Source: an uncultured virus (IMG/VR IMGVR_UViG_3300028840_004051)
Taxonomy: Duplodnaviria; Heunggongvirae; Uroviricota; Caudoviricetes
IMG/VR virus record: IMGVR_UViG_3300028840_004051
Length of the DNA: 64,000 nt
Strand: one strand, 5' to 3'
Numbering within the stretch: the stretch's first letter is position 1; the number at the start of each line of letters is the position of its first letter. Both the position numbers and the translations under genes were made by a program. Shown here in pieces: positions 57,223 to 64,000 of this stretch. Under the pieces are notes generated by a model. That model worked only from the letters and a program-made list of their open reading frames with translations. It searched no databases and was not told the DNA's origin.

Positions 57223-58892
57223 TCTTCACCAGCCGCCTCAAATGTGCCGCCTCTACTATTACAATGGGATCTTGCTGACGCAGCCGTCCATGAGCCCTTT
57301 TTATATCTTAAAGCCTGTACCGACGCCTTACCATCTTTTATTCCGAATATGTAATCTACACATTTATTATCACTTCTTCTATAACAGTTAACTCTATTAA
57401 AACTATCAAATTGATCAGGGGGTTTTAAACGACAAGCATGCTCATTCGGATATGGTTTGCCTTCATCTGGCATAGCATCTGGTGGTAATTCTTTAACATC
57501 AAACGATTCATCCTTTTTATTACCACCATATGTAAAGCCAAGCATATCATCTATTTCATCATCAGAATATCCCTGCTCAATCAGATTCATTCTAATATTG
57601 TCTTCTTCTTCAACTTCCTCTTCTTCACTTTCTTCATCCTCAGCAACTCCAAGAGGGATCATCGTGGCTGGAACCAGGATGACATCACCAGGCTTATCTG
57701 TTGGCTCATACTGCTCTAATCCAACCATCTCGCGCTTTTCATTTATAGTCAGAAAGTCACTCCCTTGTGCTCTCTCCCACAGCTTATCCCTCTTATATGA
57801 AAGTGCTGGGACGTTATCGAGGATATAATCTGCAAATACATTCTCTTCTTTTTGGAAAAGCCAATTATTCAGCTCACCTTTAAAATAATTCAAATAAAAG
57901 AATATAGTAGTTTCCCAAAAATCAGCCCTCGCTTCGCGATAGTTAGCATAGGTACTATCACCAGGGATACCAAGAAGCTGAGGTGGTACTCCATAACCAA
58001 GCGCGATCCTTCTTGCCAATTCCCTACCACCCTCTGTGAAATCGAGATCTTTTGGTGCCCAGGCGTACGGTTCAGCCTTTGTCCCGGATTCACCAGTTAT
58101 AATAATATTCTTCCCAGCATTCTTCGCACCCGTATGCTGTTCACGAAGGTGACGTTCGAGGGCATCAAATCCCTCCTCCCCGAGTGCACCAACAAGGGTA
58201 AACACCATCCCAGGACGGCCCTCATTATCAAGTATTGATTTGTTCCATTCAGTAGCTTGATTTGATGAATCTATCTCTCTGGCGGTGGGCTCTGTCACCG
58301 ATGCTCCCCACCAATCATCAGTCGGGTGGAATGATTTTAATTGCAATACATCACATTGACCTGTAATGTCATCAACCTCCCAATTAGTTTCATTCGAGCC
58401 AACCCGATAGGTAAAGCCGGATAGCTTTCCTTCAGATGTATTTATCTTCATCCTATCAGGTCTTAATACATAGAGTTCCTTTGGGATACCTTTATTTTTT
58501 CCTGACGATGGGGATACTCTCTCAATAAATGAATTACCACAAATCAACAAATATGAGGTCAACGATAGCATCAGAAATTCAAAACTATCACTTGGATTTG
58601 CTCTATGGAATAGATCATTTACAGGATGTTCTAAGAAATATTCTCTGTTATCATCATCGATATTCTTGAATACTTTCCAAGGGACGGAACAGACTGATTT
58701 AGCTATCTTATCTATACACTTGAAAGCGATGACATTCTTGAGATAGGATTCCTTTGCAAAGTTTTCATAATCGTTAGGTGTCCATACTGCCCCACCCATA
58801 CCAACAGAAACCATCCCGGCTGTTCTGCTTTCTTTCCTCTCGCCTCTTTTAAACCAATTAAAAAATCTCATTTTTCTATGACCCCTCATCAT
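57219..58892 (-). CDS. HK97-family portal protein with C-terminal extension (probable start 58871)
   Basis: GNSFI, LRPDRM, YGVPPQLLG, TYAN, LTINEKR. Confidence 0.93.
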   Translation of the reverse strand: MMRGHRKMRFFNWFKRGERKESRTAGMVSVGMGGAVWTPNDYENFAKESYLKNVIAFKCIDKIAKSVCSVPWKVFKNIDDDNREYFLEHPVNDLFHRANPSDSFEFLMLSLTSYLLICGNSFIERVSPSSGKNKGIPKELYVLRPDRMKINTSEGKLSGFTYRVGSNETNWEVDDITGQCDVLQLKSFHPTDDWWGASVTEPTAREIDSSNQATEWNKSILDNEGRPGMVFTLVGALGEEGFDALERHLREQHTGAKNAGKNIIITGESGTKAEPYAWAPKDLDFTEGGRELARRIALGYGVPPQLLGIPGDSTYANYREARADFWETTIFFYLNYFKGELNNWLFQKEENVFADYILDNVPALSYKRDKLWERAQGSDFLTINEKREMVGLEQYEPTDKPGDVILVPATMIPLGVAEDEESEEEEVEEEDNIRMNLIEQGYSDDEIDDMLGFTYGGNKKDESFDVKELPPDAMPDEGKPYPNEHACRLKPPDQFDSFNRVNCYRRSDNKCVDYIFGIKDGKASVQALRYKKGSWTAASARSHCNSRGGTFEAAGEE

Positions 58893-59166
58893 ATATCATC
58901 AGGGAATAGGGTTCGCCTGGCGCAGTCCTTGAATCATTAAATGTAACATGAGCCCAAAAGGTCCACATACCCGATGTTCCAAGAGTTTGTCCTGCTGAAA
59001 AATCCTTATAAACGATCCCATTTAGTTCATCACTAACTGTGGCGGCCCATGAACCCTCGACCCCATTTGGATCTTTATATTTTATCACAACCGACTGGGC
59101 ACCCGAAAGTGTTTGCCCAATATGTGCGATTATTCTCAAATAATCCTGGTTTTTATATACTTTCAT
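58876..59166 (-). CDS. small Ig-like/BppU-like structural protein
   Basis: IKYKDPNG..GSW.A...G.W.FWAHV. Confidence 0.55.
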   Translation of the reverse strand: MKVYKNQDYLRIIAHIGQTLSGAQSVVIKYKDPNGVEGSWAATVSDELNGIVYKDFSAGQTLGTSGMWTFWAHVTFNDSRTAPGEPYSLMIYDEGS

Positions 59167-59176
59167 AATCCATTCT

Positions 59177-61294
59177 CTATTTTAACGGTGAACTAAACTC
59201 TATATATCTTAAAGTAGTGACTTCAGCACTACTGCTGCTTGAACTACTACTACTTGATTCCGATGATGAGCTTGAACTTGACGACTCAGACGATGAGCTG
59301 CTTGATTCAGACGAACTTGATGAACTGCTACTTGATGATTCAGAAGACGATGACGATGATGATGAACTTGAACTTGATGACTCAGACGAACTTGATGAAC
59401 TACTGCTGCTTGATTCAGACGATGAACTTGACGAACTTGAGGATTCAGATGAGCTTGAACTGCTGCTAGAAGATTCTGAAGACGACGATGATGATTCAGA
59501 CGAGCTTGAACTACTGCTTGATGATTCTGACGACGAGCTTGACGACCGAGAAGAGGAGCTTGACGACCGAGAAGAGGAGCTTGATGATTCAGACGATGAT
59601 GATGAATGAGAAGAACTAAGACTTGATGAACTCGATGATTCAGATGAAGATGAAGACGATTCAGATGAAGATGAAGACGATTCAGATGAAGATGAGGATG
59701 ATTCTGATGACGATGACGAACTACTGCTGCTTGACATTGATGAAGATGAACTTGAACTACTACTACTTGATTCTGATGATGATGATGATCCAGACGATTC
59801 AGATGAACTTGATGATTCAGAAGATGATGAACTCGAACTTGATGATTCAGAAGATGATGAACTCGAACTTGATGATTCAGAAGAGGATGAAGAACTTGAT
59901 GAACTTGATGATTCAGAAGATGATGAACTCGAACTTGATGATTCAGAGGAACTTGAAGAACTTGAGCTTGATGATTCTGATGAACTACTACTCGATGATT
60001 CTGAAGAACTTGAGCTGCTACTCGATGATTCAGATGACGATGATGAACTGCTTGATTCTGACGATGATGATAAGCTACTACTTGACGATTTAGATGAAGA
60101 AGATGAACTTGATGATGAGGATGAGCTTGTACTTGATGAACTCGATGATTCAGAGGATGAACTCGATGATTCTGATGATGAGCTTGATGATTCCGAAGAT
60201 GAGCTACTGCTACTACTCGATCCAGATGATTCCGATGAACTACTGCTTGAAGATTGTGACGATGAACTTGATGACAGAGACGAAGATGACGATGAAACAG
60301 AGCTCGATGACTCAGATGAGCTTGAGGAATCAGAAGAACTTGAAACACCAGATGATGAGCTTGACTCAGACGAAGAAGATGAACTACTGCTACTTGACTC
60401 AGAAGATGACGATGAACTGGATGACTCTGATGAACTCGATGAGCTACTACTACTTGATTCTGATGATGACGATGAACTACTACTTGATGATTCAGACGAT
60501 GAGCTTGAAGATGAACTACTTGACTCTGATGATGAGCTTGAAGATGAACTGCTTGATTCTGATGAGGATGATGACATCTTTGATGATGCCGAAGACGAAC
60601 TTGAACTACTGCTACTTGACTGAGAAGAGGAGCTTGAAGAAAGAGAAGATGAACTTGATGACTCTGATGAACTCGATGAGCTACTACTACTTGATTCCGA
60701 TGAACTTGACGATTCCGATGAAGATGATGAGCTACTGCTTGATGATTCAGATGATGATGATGAACTCGAACTGGATGATTCAGATGAGGAAGACAAACTG
60801 CTACTGGACGATTCAGATGAAGAGCTTGAAGACGAACTTGAAGATTCAGACGAACTTGATGAACTACTGCTGCTTGATTCAGACGAACTTGAAGAACTAC
60901 TGCTTGATGATTCCGAAGATGAAGATGAGCTCGAACTTGATGATTCCGATGAACTTGATGAACTACTACTGGACGATTCTGATGATGATGATGATTCAGA
61001 AGATGAGCTACTGTTGGATGATTCGGATGAGCTTGAGCTGCTACTGCTACTTGATTCTGAAGATGACGAAGAACTGCTTGATTCAGACGAACTTGATGAT
61101 TCTGACAGCGATGATGAGCTTGAAGATTCAGACGATGAGCTTGATGATTCTGACGATGAACTTGATGACTGAGAAGACGAGCTTGACGACCGAGATGAAG
61201 AGCTTGAAGCTCTTTCCAATAATAGAGCATCACTATTTGTCTCTAATAGTAAAGAGCCGCTTTCATCCTCTAATAAAAGTTCATCAAGTGCCAT
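59177..61294 (-). CDS. poly-serine protein (nearly all Ser with periodic Glu)
   Basis: 705 aa uninterrupted on the structural-gene strand, mixed TCN/AGY codons, short unique ends (LLLEDESGSLLLE; IEFSSP). Confidence 0.8.
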   Translation of the reverse strand: MALDELLLEDESGSLLLETNSDALLLERASSSSSRSSSSSSQSSSSSSESSSSSSESSSSSSLSESSSSSESSSSSSSSESSSSSSSSSSESSNSSSSSESSSSSESSSSSSSSSSESSSSSSSSSSESSSSSSSSSSESSSSSSSSSSESSSSSSSSSSESSSSSLSSSSESSSSSSSSSSESSSSSSSSSSESSSSSESSSSSSSSSSESSSSSSLSSSSSSQSSSSSSSSSSASSKMSSSSSESSSSSSSSSSESSSSSSSSSSESSSSSSSSSSESSSSSSSSSSESSSSSSSSESSSSSSSSSSESSSSSGVSSSSDSSSSSESSSSVSSSSSSLSSSSSSQSSSSSSSESSGSSSSSSSSSESSSSSSESSSSSSESSSSSSTSSSSSSSSSSSSKSSSSSLSSSSESSSSSSSSESSSSSSSSSESSSSSSSESSSSSSSSSSESSSSSSSSSESSSSSSSSSSSESSSSSSSSSESSSSSSSSSESSSSSESSGSSSSSESSSSSSSSSSSMSSSSSSSSSSESSSSSSESSSSSSESSSSSSESSSSSSLSSSHSSSSSESSSSSSRSSSSSSRSSSSSSESSSSSSSSSESSSSSSESSSSSSSSSESSSSSSSSSESSSSSSSSSSESSSSSSSSSSSSSESSSSSSSSSSESSSSSSESSSSSSSSESSSSSSSSSSAEVTTLRYIEFSSPLK

Positions 61295-61297
61295 CTA

Positions 61298-63319
61298 TTA
61301 AAACTCCACAATATATTTAAAGGTAGAAGGAAATTCAATTATCTCCCAATCATCAAAAACTGCTGTCAGACTGCTTGAGCTTGAACTTGCTGAGCTTGAA
61401 CTGCTACTGCTTGATTCAGACGACTCAGATGAAGATGATGATGAACTACTTGATGATTCAGATGAAGAAGAAGAACTGCTGCTACTACTGGATTCAGAGG
61501 ATGAACTTGAACTTGAACTTGATGACTCCGACGATGAAGATGATGATGATGAACTACTGCTTGATGATTCAGATGATGAAGATGAAGACGAGCTGCTTGA
61601 TTCTGACGAAGATGATGATGAACTACTTGATGATTCAGATGAACTTGACGAGCTTGAACTACTCGATTCAGATGATGATGAAGATGAACTACTGCTTGAT
61701 TCTGACGAAGATGATGATAAACTACTGCTTGATTCAGAGGAAGATGAAGATGAACTACTGCTTGAACCGCTTGATTCAGATGAAGAACTCGAACTTGAAC
61801 TGGATGACTCAGATGAAGATGATGAACTGGATGATTCCGATGACGAACTAGATGATAAAACAGATGATCTAGATGAAGATGAACTACTGCTTGAACCGCT
61901 TGATTCGGATGAAGAACTCGAACTTGAACTGGATGATTCAGATGAAGATGATGAACTGGATGATTCCGATGACGAACTAGATGATAAAACAGATGATCTA
62001 GATGATGATGAACTTGAACTTGAACCGCTTGATTCGGATGAAGAACTCGAACTTGAACTGCTTGATTCAGATGAAGATGATGAACTTGAACTAGATGACT
62101 CTGATGAAGATGAAGATGAGCTACTACTCGATGATTCTGATGAGCTTGATGAACTCGAACTGGATGATTCAGATGAAGATGATGAACTACTACTTGACGA
62201 TTCAGATGAAGATGAAGATGAAGAGCTACTCGACGATTCAGACGAAGATGATGAACTACTACTGCTGCTTGATTCAGAAGATGATGACGATTCTGATGAA
62301 GATGAAGAACTACTACTGGATGATTCAGATGAACTTGAACTTGAACTACTACTCGACTCAGACGAAGATGATGAACTCGAACTTGATGACTCAGACGATG
62401 ATGATGAAGATGAGCTTGCCGCCGCATACTCATCAAAGCCAATATCCCAAGCACTGCGGGTATCGCCATCTATGTCATCATCAAATGCGAAATTCCCATC
62501 AGCCGAAAGATCGGTGCCGTTACCACGGCAAACCGTATCATCACTATCTAGATGATAATCGTCATTATCTGAATCTACATAGGTTGGATTTCCCTCTCCT
62601 TCGTCTATGTTGGTCGTATCGGTTACTGTTCCGCTGATCCCAACTGTTGCTTTTAATACATTATTTGTTGCATAAATAGTTCCAGTGGTTGTACCTGATT
62701 CGTTTATCCCTTTGTCTATAGTATGAATTGTATTGTTAAAAATATAAATATCGCCAGCTGGTTCTTGGCAACGTACACCCTCATTACTATCTAATAATAA
62801 ATTATTGACAAAATATACTTCACCGGAATCAGGTCGGCCATATATACATCTATTGTCCACTCCTGCATTCGTACTTTCGTAAACCAGGCAACCAACAACA
62901 GCCGAATAACCAGAGTTAGAATCAAATTGTATGGTATTAATATAATTATTACCCGAAGTTGTTTTTGCTACAAGGTCTTGAATATACTGATATTCTTCGT
63001 CACAATTAATGACATAATTTTCTGGTGCCGATCTATGAAATTCGGCGCAACTGCCATCACTTTTCGGAATACCGGAGTGTTTTGCCCCAGATGCAGGGCG
63101 GACAATACGGCAATAAGCAGCAGAATAAGTACCGCCACCCAGGATGACTCTATCATCATGCGCCCCGGCATAAACCTCTAAAACCTCTGAAACCTCAGAA
63201 GAAGTTAAATCATTATCAGTAGCCGCCTCCCATGTAGCAACAGACGAGTAGTCCTTACCACCACCAGAATCATAGCTACTGACATTTTCGTTTGTACCGG
63301 TTCTGCGACTGCTTGCCAT
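61298..63319 (-). CDS. beta-helix (pectin-lyase-like/choice-of-anchor-Q-like) protein with long poly-serine tract
   Basis: DYSSVATWEA, NNTI, YHL...DIDGDTRSAWDIGFDE then Ser/Glu tract; ends IEFPST. Confidence 0.8.
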   Translation of the reverse strand: MASSRRTGTNENVSSYDSGGGKDYSSVATWEAATDNDLTSSEVSEVLEVYAGAHDDRVILGGGTYSAAYCRIVRPASGAKHSGIPKSDGSCAEFHRSAPENYVINCDEEYQYIQDLVAKTTSGNNYINTIQFDSNSGYSAVVGCLVYESTNAGVDNRCIYGRPDSGEVYFVNNLLLDSNEGVRCQEPAGDIYIFNNTIHTIDKGINESGTTTGTIYATNNVLKATVGISGTVTDTTNIDEGEGNPTYVDSDNDDYHLDSDDTVCRGNGTDLSADGNFAFDDDIDGDTRSAWDIGFDEYAAASSSSSSSSESSSSSSSSSSESSSSSSSSSSESSSSSSSSSSESSSSSESSSSSSSSSSSESSSSSSSSSSSESSSSSSSSSSESSSSSSSSSSESSSSSSSSSSSESSSSSSSSSSESSSSSSSSSSESSGSSSSSSSSRSSVLSSSSSSESSSSSSSSESSSSSSSSSSESSGSSSSSSSSRSSVLSSSSSSESSSSSSSSESSSSSSSSSSESSGSSSSSSSSSSESSSSLSSSSSESSSSSSSSSSESSSSSSSSSSESSSSSSSSSSESSSSSSSSSSESSSSSSSSSSSSSESSSSSSSSSSESSSSSSSSSSSESSSSSSSSSSESSESSSSSSSSASSSSSSLTAVFDDWEIIEFPSTFKYIVEF
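61742..62058. repeat. 129-bp tandem duplication inside poly-Ser gene
   Basis: CTTGAACCGCTTGATTC recurs at 61761, 61890 and 62019. Confidence 0.8.
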
Positions 63320-63795
63320 TACAGGTAATTTCCAGTGACCTTATCAAACACAAGCCCTTCAACTCGAAAAGGCTTTCGAGGTGCAAGATAAGTTAGATTA
63401 TCTTCATCCAAAATCATAAATGGTTGATAGATATCATTCGGGTTTTTTGCTCGATCAATATCAAAATCAGGAAAGTATTCTTTTAAGGTTCTTAACGGAA
63501 TACAATAACGGCGCTTTTCATATCTTTTCCGCTTTTCCTCAAACCATCCTAAATATAGAGTTTTATCGTCAAATGCAGGCCCATCAAGTTTCCACAAATC
63601 TGTTTCTTCAAGCCCCTCAATTCTTAACCATATATAATCTTTTGTTTCCTTTGTACCGATCACATAATGAGGGTTGCGGACCGCAATAATATCTCCCACA
63701 CAAGCCCTTTCGCTCGCTGGTATGTCGGGGCGATTAACAGTCAACACCGCCACTTCTACAACCGGCCATTTTCTCCAACGATAACCCATGATCAA
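63319..63795 (-). CDS. hypothetical protein
   Basis: 158 aa, coupled to neighbours. Confidence 0.7.
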   Translation of the reverse strand: MIMGYRWRKWPVVEVAVLTVNRPDIPASERACVGDIIAVRNPHYVIGTKETKDYIWLRIEGLEETDLWKLDGPAFDDKTLYLGWFEEKRKRYEKRRYCIPLRTLKEYFPDFDIDRAKNPNDIYQPFMILDEDNLTYLAPRKPFRVEGLVFDKVTGNYL

Positions 63796-64000
63796 TCATC
63801 CTTTGATATTCGATTAACTACCGCATCCTTTAAATCCTGCAATGTTTTATTCGGCAGATTTGGCAAGGCCGCAACACCCGTTTTTACATCAGCGAGATTG
63901 TTCGCATTTGCTATGACCGTCTTATAGTCCATCAGCCATTCACGGACTGCGTTAAACTGATGCTCGATTAAAACATCAAATGTAGCTACCAGCAATCGCC
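63792..64000 (-). CDS. hypothetical protein, probably truncated by window edge
   Basis: open frame to edge, ATGA overlap with next gene. Confidence 0.5.
   Translation of the reverse strand, partial: RLLVATFDVLIEHQFNAVREWLMDYKTVIANANNLADVKTGVAALPNLPNKTLQDLKDAVVNRISKDD

Noticed and set aside
58412..58430. Possible self-target of array 1 unit 8 in the portal gene (TAAAGCCG-GAT-AGCTTTCC)
   Set aside because: 7/8 + 7/8 with a 3-nt gap; rough arithmetic for 14 guides, both strands and several gap sizes gives about one such hit by chance. No perfect self-target noticed by eye, but the search was not exhaustive
59209..62637. Alternative-frame ORFs over poly-Ser genes (His/Gln-rich, Asp/Glu/Leu-rich, Met-rich)
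   Set aside because: Shadows of Ser-codon repeats; only the Ser frame has unique termini, a folded domain and coupling to neighbours

Overview
The window is part of a large tailed-phage (Caudoviricetes) genome with two convergent halves. The + strand (1-35.6 kb) carries a 7-deazaguanine-type DNA-modification cluster, a bacterial-type replisome (clamp, DnaE fused to a UDG-like domain, clamp loader, SSB), recombination genes (RecA, RuvC-like, split SbcCD) and a pseudaminic/nonulosonic-acid-like sugar pathway with a Maf-type glycosyltransferase. The - strand (35.6-64 kb) carries an HK97-type head, a Mu-like contractile tail and two very long poly-serine proteins. At the junction is the most striking feature: a 308-aa HNH + Nop/IS110-like protein flanked on both sides by 36-nt-period dual-repeat arrays (8 + 6 units), matching a TIGR-Tas (TasH-like) RNA-guided system with an unusual repeat variant. 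Other notable items are a possible virion-glycosylation system (Maf + nonulosonate + poly-Ser acceptors), a MuF-topoisomerase IB fusion with a coupled acidic micro-ORF, a family of MKIYxAG micro-ORFs beside an N-terminally truncated TGT-like enzyme, a four-copy structured intergenic repeat, and a microhomology-mediated gene capture. All calls come from reading motifs by eye; no database searches were run.
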